Source: Candidatus Bathyarchaeota archaeon (lineage in GTDB: Archaea; Thermoproteota; Bathyarchaeia; Bathyarchaeales; Bathycorpusculaceae). Taken from it: 64,000 nucleotides of DNA. Where the stretch lies: NCBI GenBank assembly GCA_963815095.1, contig CAWFFH010000006.1, forward strand, positions 1 to 64,000, given 5' to 3'. Below the pieces are notes generated by a model. The model had not been told where the DNA came from and made no database searches. It saw nothing but the letters and a program-made list of their open reading frames with translations. The position numbers and the translations under genes were made by a program. Numbering within the stretch: position 1 is the first letter of the stretch; every line of letters starts with the position of its first letter. Below are positions 52,696 through 63,376 of the stretch, in pieces.

Positions 52696-54312
52696 TTATT
52701 TCATTATTGCTTTGAGGTCTTCGTCTGGTGTTGTTATTGGCATTATGTTGAATTTGTCGACGAGCACTTTGAGTATGTTTGGCGTAATGAATGCTGGTAG
52801 GCTTGGTCCAAGGCGGATGTCTTTTATTCCTAAAGATAGCAGCGAGAGCAATATAGCAACGGCTTTTTGTTCGTACCAAGAGAGCACCAATGAGAGCGGC
52901 AGATCGTTGACCTCTACGCGGAAGGCATCTGCGAGTGCAAGGGCTATTTTTACTGCTGAGTACGCGTCGTTGCATTGTCCGATGTCGAGTAGGCGTGGGA
53001 TGTCGTCAATAGTTCCGAGTTCTTTGTCGAAGAAGCGGAATTTTCCACATGCCAGTGTCAGAATGATCGTGTTAGTGGGTGCTTTCTCCACGAATTCGGT
53101 GTAGTAGCTGCGTCCGGGTTTTGCGCCGTCGCATCCTCCGACGAGTAAGAAGCGTTTAATGTGTCCACTTTTGACGGATTCGATGACTTTTCCTGCTACG
53201 CTTAGAACTGCGTTTCTGCCAAAACCGACTAAGACACTTTTGCCTTCAACGTCATCTGGGAACCCTGGCATTGAGAGAGCTTTTTGTATTACTGGTGAAA
53301 AGTCTTTGCCTGTTATGTGAGATACGCCTGGGAAACCGACGGGTCCAGCGGTGAAGATGTTGCTCTTGTAGCTCTCGATGGGGCGTTGGATGCAGTTTGT
53401 TGTCATTAAGATTGCGCCTGGGAATTGTGCGAATTCTTTTTGTTGGTTTTGCCAGGCGGTTCCGTAGTGGCCATAGAAGTTTGGGTATGCTTTGAGTTTT
53501 GGGTATCCGTGTGTGGGGAGCATTTCGCCATGTGTATAGACGGTTATGCCTGTGCCTTGAGTTTGCTTTAGGATGTTTTCTAAATCGATTAGGTCATGTC
53601 CTGAAACAAGGATAGCTTTGCCTTTTTTGTGTCCCAAAGGTACCTTAGTTGGAACTGGGTGACCATAAGTTTCGGTATTGCCTGCGTCAAGAAGTTCCAT
53701 GGCTCGTATGTTGATTTCGCCGCATTTTAAAACTAGACCCACAAAATCATTTACGCCTAGGGATTTGTTGAATGGAGCCACTAAGCCTTCATGGATGAAA
53801 TCAAAGACTTTTTGGTCTTTTTTGCCTAAAAGATAAGAGTGGTATGAGTAGGCAGCTACTCCTTTCAACCCGTAGGTAAGCAGCCACTGGAGTGAATGCA
53901 AGTCGGGGTCTATTGTAGAGTCAGAATTTATGCCATACTTTTTGCCCTGAGCAATTAAACCTTCCGTAGTTTTTTCTAACGGTAAATAGGTAGCTTGGAT
54001 TTGTAACTCCTTATGCAACTTTTCGTGCAATTCAGCGGTTTTTCTGATGTAAGCAACAATTGCTTCTGGATCAAAATTCACATTTGTCAACGTAACAAAC
54101 AAAGCTTCAGCGGTAAAGACACTGGTTTGCTCATCTTTCACTCCAAATTTACCAGCTTGTATTACGAGTTGGCTTAGTTCCCGAAGTTTGTAAACTAAAA
54201 GGTCCTGGAGGTTTGCGACGTCCGATGTTTTTCCGCAAACACCTGCAATTGTGCAACCCTGCCCTTTAGCTGTTTGTTCACATTGGTAACAGAACATTTG
54301 GTTTTGACTCAT
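52696..54312 (-). CDS. hcp: Hybrid cluster protein (hydroxylamine/NO reductase)
   Basis: MFCYQCEQT..GCT..GVCGK, SGHDL, THGEM, GGCDG, GQCND, WYEQKA. Confidence 0.96.
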   Translation of the reverse strand: MSQNQMFCYQCEQTAKGQGCTIAGVCGKTSDVANLQDLLVYKLRELSQLVIQAGKFGVKDEQTSVFTAEALFVTLTNVNFDPEAIVAYIRKTAELHEKLHKELQIQATYLPLEKTTEGLIAQGKKYGINSDSTIDPDLHSLQWLLTYGLKGVAAYSYHSYLLGKKDQKVFDFIHEGLVAPFNKSLGVNDFVGLVLKCGEINIRAMELLDAGNTETYGHPVPTKVPLGHKKGKAILVSGHDLIDLENILKQTQGTGITVYTHGEMLPTHGYPKLKAYPNFYGHYGTAWQNQQKEFAQFPGAILMTTNCIQRPIESYKSNIFTAGPVGFPGVSHITGKDFSPVIQKALSMPGFPDDVEGKSVLVGFGRNAVLSVAGKVIESVKSGHIKRFLLVGGCDGAKPGRSYYTEFVEKAPTNTIILTLACGKFRFFDKELGTIDDIPRLLDIGQCNDAYSAVKIALALADAFRVEVNDLPLSLVLSWYEQKAVAILLSLLSLGIKDIRLGPSLPAFITPNILKVLVDKFNIMPITTPDEDLKAIMK

Positions 54313-54412
54313 AAAATATCACTATAAACATCTAGTGTGGGTTATCATAAATAGGTATTGTCCCTAACATGTAAGGGATGAAAAAACTTGAGGAAAATTA
54401 CAACTGAAGTCG

Positions 54413-55873
54413 CTAACTCTTCAAGGTGGCAAAGAACCCTCTAAAGACATCTTTAATTGATTGAACCAACGGACTCTTAATTTTCTCATCCCCAAGATTC
54501 TCCAAACGGTCCACTCTGAAATAAATTGGCGGATGCGAATCCAAACCAACCCACTCTTGCAGACGGAAGCTCGGTGCCCGCTCGAAGAGGAGCCTGTGGA
54601 ATCCAATTTTCTCCAGTGACCTTGCCATGACTTTTGGTTGTCCCATCATTATAGCCGACGTTAAGTCCGCGCGAGCTTCAAAGAATTTCGCTATGAAGAA
54701 TATGAGGGTCATAACTGCGAAGAAGTAGACAAAGAACAACAGTGAAGTGAATATTAGTGGAAACAGAGTAAGTAGCACGTAGAATCGGAACAGGAATTCT
54801 GCACTTAGTAGCCCAAACAGTATTAAGGGGTCTCTTCCTTTGAGGTGCCCAAATTCGTGTCCCAAAACGCTAACTACTTCAGGTTCTTCCAATTGAACAA
54901 GCAATCCGGTAGTTATCAAAACTATTCCTCTGCTTGGACTAGGACCGGAAGCTGCAGCGTTGGGAACCATTGTGTTGGAAATCACTATTTTAGGCACTTT
55001 GTACCCGAAACGGTCAGCTACTTTCTTTACTGTTTCGTAGACGTTGATTTTTTTGGTTGACAAACTACCCATTCTACAAGATACGCTGTATTTGGCGAAG
55101 ATTTTTTCTGCTTCTTGGCAGTCTATTGTGCCATGTTTAGCTATTATTTCTTCGTAGACTTCTTTCTTTAAGGCAACCAGTTGCTCGGGAGGGATTTGTT
55201 TGTAGTCGTCAAGGGTGCCCAGCGAACCAATTGGAGGCTGATATTCTAGAAATGTTATTGTGGGATTGTCTTTGGTGATAGTCCAGTCGCTTGATCGGGC
55301 TATTATCTTGTTTGAGTAGAAAACAAACACGGATTGTGAAGCAATCAAAATTATTGGGACCGTCCAGAAGTAAGATGGATAAAAGGTTAAGACGACAACG
55401 AATAACCCCAATCCAAGCCCAATAAACACGAAGGTTAGCAGAACTTGGGTTTCCAGAAAAAGGCGGTTGAAGCTTTTTTCGTGGAGAGTCACTTTTTCAG
55501 GTACGATTTCTTCGCCTTCTCGCCATGCAAAGTACCATGTTACTTTGCGGGCTTTTTCTTCAAACAATTCCGTGGCAATTAGTACATCTTGTCTTGCTTC
55601 TTTGATGTTTCCGTCTGAGATATTCGATTCTAAGGGTGTTATAGTTGCGTTTACGGTATCTGTGCCCGTTATTTCAACTTTGATTATTTGCCTTCCTTGT
55701 GCGTCAATGACAACGTATGAGATTTTGTTGCTTGTCGGAGTTGTTTCTCTGGATAAGTTTGCGAATCGCTGTTTTTGGGGAACAAGGTATTGTGTATAAA
55801 TGAAGTCAAATAGCTTCTCAAAGTACATTGATGGGACTTCAGTTTCTATTGTGTAAGTAAAGGGTGAAGACAC
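54413..55873 (-). CDS. M48 (HtpX-like) Zn metalloprotease with N-terminal extension
   Basis: PNAAA, GHEFGH, EARAD, SHPP. Confidence 0.88.
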   Translation of the reverse strand: MSSPFTYTIETEVPSMYFEKLFDFIYTQYLVPQKQRFANLSRETTPTSNKISYVVIDAQGRQIIKVEITGTDTVNATITPLESNISDGNIKEARQDVLIATELFEEKARKVTWYFAWREGEEIVPEKVTLHEKSFNRLFLETQVLLTFVFIGLGLGLFVVVLTFYPSYFWTVPIILIASQSVFVFYSNKIIARSSDWTITKDNPTITFLEYQPPIGSLGTLDDYKQIPPEQLVALKKEVYEEIIAKHGTIDCQEAEKIFAKYSVSCRMGSLSTKKINVYETVKKVADRFGYKVPKIVISNTMVPNAAASGPSPSRGIVLITTGLLVQLEEPEVVSVLGHEFGHLKGRDPLILFGLLSAEFLFRFYVLLTLFPLIFTSLLFFVYFFAVMTLIFFIAKFFEARADLTSAIMMGQPKVMARSLEKIGFHRLLFERAPSFRLQEWVGLDSHPPIYFRVDRLENLGDEKIKSPLVQSIKDVFRGFFATLKS

Positions 55874-56150
55874 CTTTGGACCTCAAAACAAATTATTCTG
55901 TATTTCTGTTGGTTTTGCTTAGTTATAACTTTATTGTTAAACAAGTTTGCTTTGAGGTTTGGCTAAGGGGAATGTGTTTATTAATCTCGAAAAGTATTGT
56001 TAGAATTGCCCAAAGCTAAGGGCAGAGACGTCTTTGTTGAAATCAAACCCCTATCAATTTGGTTTGAAATCTCAAAGAATTTAACGGCTTATATTGACCT
56101 TCAAAGGTTTAAGAAAGCCGACATTGTGAATTTAAGAGGGAATGTAAGAA

Positions 56151-56549
56151 GTGGCAGCACCAAAAAAAACTATATTAGTTGTTGACGACGATAAATCAAT
56201 ACTTCGAACCTTCACACGTATTCTTCAAAAAAGCGGTTACGAGATTGAAACAGCCGAAACCGGCAAAGAAGCCATTGAAAAAGCTGAAAATAACCACTAC
56301 GACCTCGCGTTGGTTGACATCCGGCTTCCAGACATGGATGGTACAGATTTACTCGCAAAACTCAAAAAGCAACTTCAACACACCGTTAAAATTATGATTA
56401 CTGGTTTTCCTTCCCTTGAAACAGGTGTTAAAGCGCTCGATGAAGGAGCAGATGCTTATTTGGTAAAGCCTGTGAAGCCTCAGGAACTTTTGGTTCTTTT
56501 GGAAGAGAAACTCAAGAATCGAGAAGAATCCGCTGAATTAAGCCATTAA
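56151..56549 (+). CDS. Single-domain response regulator receiver
   Basis: ILVVDDD, DIRLPDMDG, ITG, YLVKP. Confidence 0.92.
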   Translation: MAAPKKTILVVDDDKSILRTFTRILQKSGYEIETAETGKEAIEKAENNHYDLALVDIRLPDMDGTDLLAKLKKQLQHTVKIMITGFPSLETGVKALDEGADAYLVKPVKPQELLVLLEEKLKNREESAELSH

Positions 56550-56632
56550 TCTTAGAAAGTGGCATTTGGATTCTATTTAATCAACTATTTTACAAAAAGC
56601 TAGTGAAAGTATTTTTTACTCTAAAAAAACCG

Positions 56633-57259
56633 TTAGAGTTCCTTTTTGAAGTAATGCTCCAGCAACCTGCGAGTTCCCCGCCGCATTATTTCTGAGAGTG
56701 TCGCCGCGCTAATTCCTAATTTAGCTGCCAGTTCTGCCATTCCAATTTGCCGGGGGTAATCAAAAAAACCGCTCTTAAGTGCGAGCCAAAAAATTCTCTC
56801 TTGGTTTTCAGTTAAAACTCCAATTTGCTGCTCAAACTTGCCAACTTTGCGGACGTTAACAGGGTGTCCCGCCTTTTCGAGGTCGCCTATAATACCCTTG
56901 TAGGCTTCAAAGGTTGGAACCATAAAACTGTAGGTTATGATACTGTTTTGCATGCTTTTGCCCGACACCAAAAAAGCGTCATGTGCAAGAATTGTGTTGC
57001 ATACTTCGCAGCCTTCGCTCTCCAGCCAAACCGCCGATTTTCCCTCAACATGACCTTTAGCAGCTAGTTCTTTAGGAACTTTCTGGGCTTGGTCCTCACC
57101 GACATCCATTAAGTGCCGAACGGAACCACTGGAGGAACTTCGAACATCGACTACTTTGAGATGTTTAAATCCTAGTGATGCAAGTTTCCCAACCATTTTG
57201 CATTGCTTATTCTCAATTTCAATTACTACATGATAAGGTTCACGCCAAGTATCGACCAA
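56633..57259 (-). CDS. HTH-10 (bacterio-opsin activator-type) regulator
   Basis: LTENQERI..ALKSGFFDYPR..ELAAKLGISAATLSE. Confidence 0.85.
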   Translation of the reverse strand: MVDTWREPYHVVIEIENKQCKMVGKLASLGFKHLKVVDVRSSSSGSVRHLMDVGEDQAQKVPKELAAKGHVEGKSAVWLESEGCEVCNTILAHDAFLVSGKSMQNSIITYSFMVPTFEAYKGIIGDLEKAGHPVNVRKVGKFEQQIGVLTENQERIFWLALKSGFFDYPRQIGMAELAAKLGISAATLSEIMRRGTRRLLEHYFKKEL

Positions 57260-57353
57260 ACCAATCAGCCTGCACTTTTAAAGAAGAAACAAACTGTTAA
57301 ACTTAGTTGAACTGAACCAAAAAAGTAAAAAAGAAAAAATTGGGTGGGTGAGC

Positions 57354-58634
57354 CTAATCCAGTTGGTAGGCTTCTTCACCGTGCTCGCTGAGATCTAAAC
57401 CTGCATCCTCTGCTTCTGGACTCACCCTAAGAGGCGAGAACAGATTGACTGCTTTAAGCAATAGCCAAGAGCCTATGAACGAGAACGGCACCACTACACC
57501 GACAGCCAAGAGTTGAGCGAGGAATTGGTGAACGTTTCCGTATATTAGACCCGTTGCGCCGATGGACGCGAATATGCCTGTTCCTATTGCACCCCAAATG
57601 CCGCCGACACCGTGACAGGCGAAGACATCCAGTGTATCGTCGATTCGAGATCTGCCTGATCTCCAGCTTGAAATGAGGTTAGAGAGTACACCACCGATTA
57701 GACCCATTATTATAGCTGCGGTGGGACCCACGAAACCCGAGGCTGGTGTGATTACGACTAAACCTACAACTGCACCGATTGCCATGCCAGTTGCGGAGGG
57801 TTTGCCTTTAAGGAGCCAATCCATAAGCATCCAACTTACTGCGGCAGCTGCTGCGGCTAAGTTTGTCACGACTAGTGCTGAGACTGCGAGGTCGTTTGCT
57901 GCTAGTGCGCTGCCTGCGTTGAATCCGAACCAACCAAACCACAGTAATGCTGCGCCTAACAGTACATAGGGGATGTTGGTGGGTTTGAATTGTGTTGCTA
58001 CGCTCTTTTGGTCAAGTTCCTGCATGTGAGCTTTCCATGGAACTGCACACCCTTTTCTTCGACCAATGACCAACGCGGCTGCAAGTGCTGAGACTCCTGC
58101 AGATATGTGGACAACGAGTCCTCCTGCAAAATCAATTGAGCCCACGCCTTTAAGCCACCCGTCTGGGTTCCAAACCCAGTGAGCGATCGGCACATAGATG
58201 AGGGTTGACCAGAGAACTATGAATATTAGCAGTGATCTGAAGCGGACTCTTTCTGCGCAGGCACCTATGATGAGTGCGGGGGTGATTGCTGCGAATTTTA
58301 GCTGGAATGCGAAGACGAGTAACGTTGGTATTGTTGCGGCTAAGGCGGGGTTTATGTCATGTATACCTACGCCGTTTAATCCTGCGAGGGACAAGTTGCC
58401 TATTATGCCATGATAACTGGGTCCGAAGGCCATGCTATATCCCCATATTGCCCATGTGAGGCTGATAACGGCGAATATTATGAAGCATTGGGCGATTGTG
58501 GATACTAGGTTTTTTCTACGCACCAAACCGCCGTAAAAGAATCCTAGGGCAGGGGTCATTAGCATTACTAGGGCCGTTGAGGTTAAGACCCAAGCTATAT
58601 CTCCAGAGTTTGAAGTCAAAGTAGTTACACTCAT
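57354..58634 (-). CDS. amtB: Ammonium transporter (Amt) copy 2
   Basis: Same Amt motifs as copy 1, twin His retained. Confidence 0.93.
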   Translation of the reverse strand: MSVTTLTSNSGDIAWVLTSTALVMLMTPALGFFYGGLVRRKNLVSTIAQCFIIFAVISLTWAIWGYSMAFGPSYHGIIGNLSLAGLNGVGIHDINPALAATIPTLLVFAFQLKFAAITPALIIGACAERVRFRSLLIFIVLWSTLIYVPIAHWVWNPDGWLKGVGSIDFAGGLVVHISAGVSALAAALVIGRRKGCAVPWKAHMQELDQKSVATQFKPTNIPYVLLGAALLWFGWFGFNAGSALAANDLAVSALVVTNLAAAAAAVSWMLMDWLLKGKPSATGMAIGAVVGLVVITPASGFVGPTAAIIMGLIGGVLSNLISSWRSGRSRIDDTLDVFACHGVGGIWGAIGTGIFASIGATGLIYGNVHQFLAQLLAVGVVVPFSFIGSWLLLKAVNLFSPLRVSPEAEDAGLDLSEHGEEAYQLD

Positions 58635-58674
58635 TTCATTACACCATTCAACATATGTTTAGTTATTTGTTTAA

Positions 58675-58695
58675 TGACTGTGCAAATATCAGTCA
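58675..58695. promoter_or_regulatory. Inverted repeat TGACTG-N9-CAGTCA just downstream of the amt2 TATA box; putative operator
   Basis: Perfect 6-bp arms between TATA (~58700-58708, minus strand) and the start codon. Confidence 0.45.
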
Positions 58696-58991
58696 CAAAT
58701 ATATAAAACTATCCGTTTGAAATGAAACAATCCATTTTAGTGAACTAACGTTTTTAAAACCCTTCATAAAACAGTTATTCATTCATTTTCAAATAGTCAA
58801 TTAAACATAAAAATAAGAAAAAATCCAAAATATTCCCAAAAATGAATCAAAACAGTTAAAACATTAACCTGTTAGATAAGCGTCCAAACAAAGAAAGCAG
58901 GTCCAAAACCCCAACTACCCATAAAAGTCCCTTTAGCACAAAAAACTTATAACACTATAATTGCTTCTTTGCCGTAAAAGGCGCAGAAATT

Positions 58992-59897
58992 ATGAAGTTT
59001 GGTTCATTCACGTTTCAACCACAAAAACCCAATGGTTTCGACTTCCATGTTTTTCGTGTCAAACCTGAAACAGGCGTAAGGCTTCCACCAAGGCAAGATA
59101 TGTACAGCAACATAGCTGTCTTCGCAGACACCTTAACAGTTCAAAACCATCCTGACTGGGTTTCACAATCTCCTCTGGGTCCAGCCAAATTTGGAAACAA
59201 CAACTTCAACATTTACTGGAGTGTAGTATGCGCGACCCACCCGGAGTACCGCGAAGAACAACTCAAATACATCGCCGAAGTGGACAGACAATCGCCCGGG
59301 GTTTGGTTAAACAGCCAATATTTTGCTGACCATGAACACTGCACCTGTCCGCGTTGCATAGAACTATGGCAAAAGAGCGGTTTGAGCTGGTTTGCATGGC
59401 GAAGAAAAGAAGTCACCGATTACATTGCCCAAATCCGAGATGTTGTCAAAAAAGAACTTGTCTTAAGTATCCAACCTGACCCCATAACCTCTTGCGAACG
59501 CTACGGTGTAGATTTTGATGATTTAGCTAAGTACGCTGATGATTTCAATGTTGTAATGTTTAGCAAAAACTATGCTACACCATGGTATTGGGAAATGCTC
59601 GCACGCGGCTTCAAAAAATTGTTGAAAAAACCATTCTACATTAGTTTGTATGTTTTTGGCCCAGGCGACAACCCCAAGGACGCGCCATTACCCGAAGAGT
59701 TGCTTACTGTCACAACTCGCTGTGCAAGAGCAGGCGCAGATGGGTTCCTTTACTTAACTGATGGTGCCAGCCAAATGTTGGATTTCCAGAAAGCTGTCGT
59801 TGGGCAGGTTGAGCTTATAAAAAAGCTTAGAACTTATGGTGGGCAACCTGTGCAGGATTTTCTGGATAGGGTTGAAAGCTGGCAAAAAATCCTATAG
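58992..59897 (+). CDS. Uncharacterised protein, possibly glycoside-hydrolase-like TIM barrel
   Basis: HPDWV, VCATHPEYRE, HCTCPRC, WRRKEVT, YGVDFDDLA pattern. Confidence 0.55.
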   Translation: MKFGSFTFQPQKPNGFDFHVFRVKPETGVRLPPRQDMYSNIAVFADTLTVQNHPDWVSQSPLGPAKFGNNNFNIYWSVVCATHPEYREEQLKYIAEVDRQSPGVWLNSQYFADHEHCTCPRCIELWQKSGLSWFAWRRKEVTDYIAQIRDVVKKELVLSIQPDPITSCERYGVDFDDLAKYADDFNVVMFSKNYATPWYWEMLARGFKKLLKKPFYISLYVFGPGDNPKDAPLPEELLTVTTRCARAGADGFLYLTDGASQMLDFQKAVVGQVELIKKLRTYGGQPVQDFLDRVESWQKIL

Positions 59898-60004
59898 TCT
59901 TTTTTACTTAACGATTTTTTGAGCTTCACAAATATATTTCTTTGAGTTGCCGCTAGGTTTTTATCGAGTCAACCTCAGACTATAATTAAGCTGGGACTGC
60001 TTGT

Positions 60005-60616
60005 TTGGATTTCATTTCAGACTTAATTAAAGCCATCATCGCCCTATTCATAATTGTCGACCCGCTGGGTAGCATTCCTATTTTTATGAGTTTAACCGAA
60101 AACGTACCAGAAACCAAGAGAAAAAAGATTTTCAACACAGCCGTGATAGTCGGCACTGTTCTGCTTTTGGTTTTTGCGTTCACTGGACAGGAGATTCTCA
60201 ATATTTTTGGTTTATCAATTTACAGTTTCGAGGTTGCAGGAGGAATCTTGCTTTTAATCATCGCTATCAGAATATTAATTTCTGGAACACGTGAGAACCC
60301 TGAATCCCTAGAAACTGTTGGAGCGGTGCCGATTGCTATTCCACTTCTTGTAGGACCCGGAGCAATTACAACAACCATATTTACTCTTCAAGTTAATCAA
60401 CAGATTTATAATAGTGCTGTGATGGCAACTTTAATCGCGATTTTGGCAGTTGTTGTAGTAATGACGCTGACATGGGTTATTCTCAGATTCATAAACGGCA
60501 TTTACAAGTTCTTAGGCAAAACAGGTTCTTTGATTATAGCACGAGTTATGGCTCTGCTTATCGCCGCCATTGCTGTCCAGTATATCTTAACGGGAGTAAC
60601 ACATTTCGTGGTCTAA
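60005..60616 (+). CDS. MarC family membrane protein
   Basis: IIVDPLGSIPIF, AGGILL, VPIAIPLLVGPGAIT. Confidence 0.9.
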   Translation: MDFISDLIKAIIALFIIVDPLGSIPIFMSLTENVPETKRKKIFNTAVIVGTVLLLVFAFTGQEILNIFGLSIYSFEVAGGILLLIIAIRILISGTRENPESLETVGAVPIAIPLLVGPGAITTTIFTLQVNQQIYNSAVMATLIAILAVVVVMTLTWVILRFINGIYKFLGKTGSLIIARVMALLIAAIAVQYILTGVTHFVV

Positions 60617-60662
60617 GCACGTCAAACATTAAATAAAAGCATATCCAAATGTAAGTTCCAAC

Positions 60663-61166
60663 GTGAACAATATGCGGTCAGAATGCTACGGTTGCAAGAA
60701 ATCTTTTTCCGGTAAAGGCTTGATTGTGAGTATAAACTGTGAAGAACGGACTTATTGTGCTGATTGCTTATGGAAGCTTCAAAAGGAATATTCCCTGAAG
60801 AAATCCTGTGAAAACTGCGGTCACTTCGATGAGGAATCCTGCGAGAAACGTGGAAAAACGTTGGTGCCCGTAAAGGCTGGGTTTAACACGTATTTTACTC
60901 AAGCAGAAAAATGCGGAGATTACTCCACTGAACAAAAAGCGAGCTCAAAAAAGAAAAATGAACCAACTGAGCAGGAAAAAGAAGCAACTGTCCTTGTAAA
61001 GAAGCTCTCTGAGAAAGGTCAAACTCTTACTATCTACTGTTGTCACTGTGGTGCACCAATGAAAATCGGCGCAAAAGCGCCTGAAATCCAAAGCACCTGT
61101 CCTAGATGCAAAGGCGATCTCGAAATAGTGAACCTGACCAAATTCATCAAGCAACACCAATCTTAA
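60663..61166 (+). CDS. Multi-Cys putative Zn-finger protein
   Basis: CYGC, CADC, CENC, CCHC, CPRC. Confidence 0.7.
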   Translation: MNNMRSECYGCKKSFSGKGLIVSINCEERTYCADCLWKLQKEYSLKKSCENCGHFDEESCEKRGKTLVPVKAGFNTYFTQAEKCGDYSTEQKASSKKKNEPTEQEKEATVLVKKLSEKGQTLTIYCCHCGAPMKIGAKAPEIQSTCPRCKGDLEIVNLTKFIKQHQS

Positions 61167-61230
61167 ATTTTCCTGCCAAATCAACAGTTTTAGAAAATAG
61201 ATTAATAGTGTTTTGGCGCTTAGAAGCGCC

Positions 61231-61353
61231 TTAAGGGATTTTTGTGTGTTCCCTAACTTGCACCGTTTTCCTTTTAGCCCTTGTACTCATAAGGAAAGCA
61301 GTTACCAAGGTACATACACCGTAGACTTCAACCTCTGTAGTTTCAATATCCAT
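61231..61353 (-). CDS. 40-aa small protein, not in the ORF track
   Basis: GGTGA SD; MDIETTEVEVYGVCTLVTAFLMSTRAKRKTVQVREHTKIP; hairpin after stop. Confidence 0.45.
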   Translation of the reverse strand: MDIETTEVEVYGVCTLVTAFLMSTRAKRKTVQVREHTKIP

Positions 61354-61371
61354 TCTAATCACCGCTTGACT

Positions 61372-61497
61372 TTAGTAGTTCCGATGGTTTAAATTGGCAG
61401 TTATTCCATTCACTTTCTTTGCCACATATATTTCAGTTGCCAATGCACCTATCGCACTTGTGATAAGGCTTAAACCGACTACTATTAGGCTCAACAT
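61372..61497 (-). CDS. 41-aa single-TM small protein, not in the ORF track
   Basis: AGGTG SD, TTTATA upstream; MLSLIVVGLSLITSAIGALATEIYVAKKVNGITANLNHRNY. Confidence 0.5.
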   Translation of the reverse strand: MLSLIVVGLSLITSAIGALATEIYVAKKVNGITANLNHRNY

Positions 61498-61960
61498 TTA
61501 ATATACACCTTTTAGTTACAACAGATAAACATTCAATCAAATATAAATATAGTTGTGATTTGTTCATAATTAGCAATAACTATTGAAATAATGGTGATTA
61601 AAAACGAATATTACTTAACACTCAAATATTATTCAGAGTGTACGCCCTTAACGATTATTTTTGAAGAAACAACAATTGATAATTGACAACAAAAGTCAGA
61701 TTACACTTTGTTTGAGACGTTTGATCTAAAAAACACCCAAATCTTCAATATCGAATAGAAGTTGTTGCTGCTGCGACTGCATTCTGCACAAAGGTTGCAA
61801 CAATAATTAATCAAACCATCTACAAACTAGTCAAATCAAAATATTCTAAATTTCACGGCGGCGACACATGATTTTTTAGGTTAACCCAAATAGAGAATTT
61901 ACAAGTAGGTGAACAACCCAGGATGAAATACTTATTTGCCTAGAAGCGGTAAACCTGATA

Positions 61961-63172
61961 GTGAAAGTTTTGGTAAACAGCAATCAGACGACCGGCGGCG
62001 TTCCTGTCAGCCGCTCAGCTTTGGCAGTGTTGTTCTCGGTTGTATTCCTTGACAACTTAGGCTTCGCAATCGTTGTACCCTACCTGTATTTTTATGTGGT
62101 TGCCCTTGGAGGCTCAGCTGTTCTGTATGGAGTGCTTTTGGCGTCGTATGCGTTGATGTCTTTTATTTTCACACCTTTTTTGGCAAGGTTTAGCGATCGT
62201 TTTGGGCGAAGAAAGATTCTGCTGTTAGGTTTGGCAATTTCTAGTTTAAGCTACTTTATCTTTGGTTCTGCACAGGTGATTTGGCTATTGTTTTTAGGCA
62301 GGATGCTTTCGGGAACCACTGCGGCTACGGTGCCAGTTGCACAAGCTTACGTTGCAGACATTACAACCCCAAACCAACGATTAAGGTACTTGGGGCTTTT
62401 AGGAGCGGCAGCGGGCGTTGCCTTCATTTTAGGTCCAGCCATCGGGGGAACCCTCAGCAGCCTTTTCGGCTATGGTGTGCCGTCTTTTTTGGCGTCGGGT
62501 TTGGCGTTCGCAAATTTGGTTTCGGCTTATTTTTTGTTGCCTGAACCAGCAAGTTTTAACATAAAGAAGACGGTTGTTTCCTTCGGTGCTCTCCTCGGCA
62601 TTCTGAGAAAGCGCAAAATCGCTCTGCTGTTGACTATTTATTTTCTGTTTTTTGTTTCATTTGTTTTTCTGCAGGCTTCTTTGTCGCCTTGGTTGGCAGC
62701 AGTTCTCGGATTCGGCGCCTTCCAAACAGGGCTGGTTTTCTTTTTAATCGGCGGAGTCAGCGTATTCACCCAAGCAGTGTTATTGCCTGTGCTGAGCAAG
62801 AAATTCAATCGCTTAACCTTAGTGTTGCTTGGAATTGCCTTCTTTGTTGTTGGGCTTTTGAGTTTAGCGATCGTTTCGAATCTTGCTGTTTTATTGGTAG
62901 TTGCTGTTGTGTTTTCGTTTGGTTTCGGAATCCAATACGTTACAATCAACACTTTAATTTCGGTAAATAGTCCAGAAAATGCTCAAGGCGGCGCGTTGGG
63001 GGTTGCTTGGGCAATTGCGGGTCTTGCGCAAACAATTACACCTGTTTTGGCTGCAATCGCATTATCCTTTGGGGTTTCAGGGGGGTTTGACGGGTTGGCG
63101 TTTGTTATTTCGGCAGTAATTTCCAGTGCAACCGTGCCGTTGCTTTTAAGTTTCAAAAAAATGTCGAATTAG
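61961..63172 (+). CDS. MFS transporter (TetA/DHA1-like)
   Basis: ARFSDRFGRRK motif A, GRMLSG, AYVADIT, GPAIGG. Confidence 0.9.
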   Translation: MKVLVNSNQTTGGVPVSRSALAVLFSVVFLDNLGFAIVVPYLYFYVVALGGSAVLYGVLLASYALMSFIFTPFLARFSDRFGRRKILLLGLAISSLSYFIFGSAQVIWLLFLGRMLSGTTAATVPVAQAYVADITTPNQRLRYLGLLGAAAGVAFILGPAIGGTLSSLFGYGVPSFLASGLAFANLVSAYFLLPEPASFNIKKTVVSFGALLGILRKRKIALLLTIYFLFFVSFVFLQASLSPWLAAVLGFGAFQTGLVFFLIGGVSVFTQAVLLPVLSKKFNRLTLVLLGIAFFVVGLLSLAIVSNLAVLLVVAVVFSFGFGIQYVTINTLISVNSPENAQGGALGVAWAIAGLAQTITPVLAAIALSFGVSGGFDGLAFVISAVISSATVPLLLSFKKMSN

Positions 63173-63376
63173 CTGATCGCCATATTTCGGTTCGGAAATA
63201 TCAAACTGAACAACCATTTCACAGTTGAATAACCAAATTAAACTTTGCAATGAATTTGATAATTATTCACTAGACTGCCACATTCAAGCTTGAGCAAATT
63301 AACGTTGGTTTGTGTTAAACCGAATTGTCCTAAAGCAATGCTTTAAAAGGAAAGCATATGTAAGCAACGGTAACAG

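Noticed and set aside
43617-62970. Many antisense or nested ORFs inside leuS, apgM, amt, hcp and MFS genes
   Set aside because: Shadow frames of well-supported genes.
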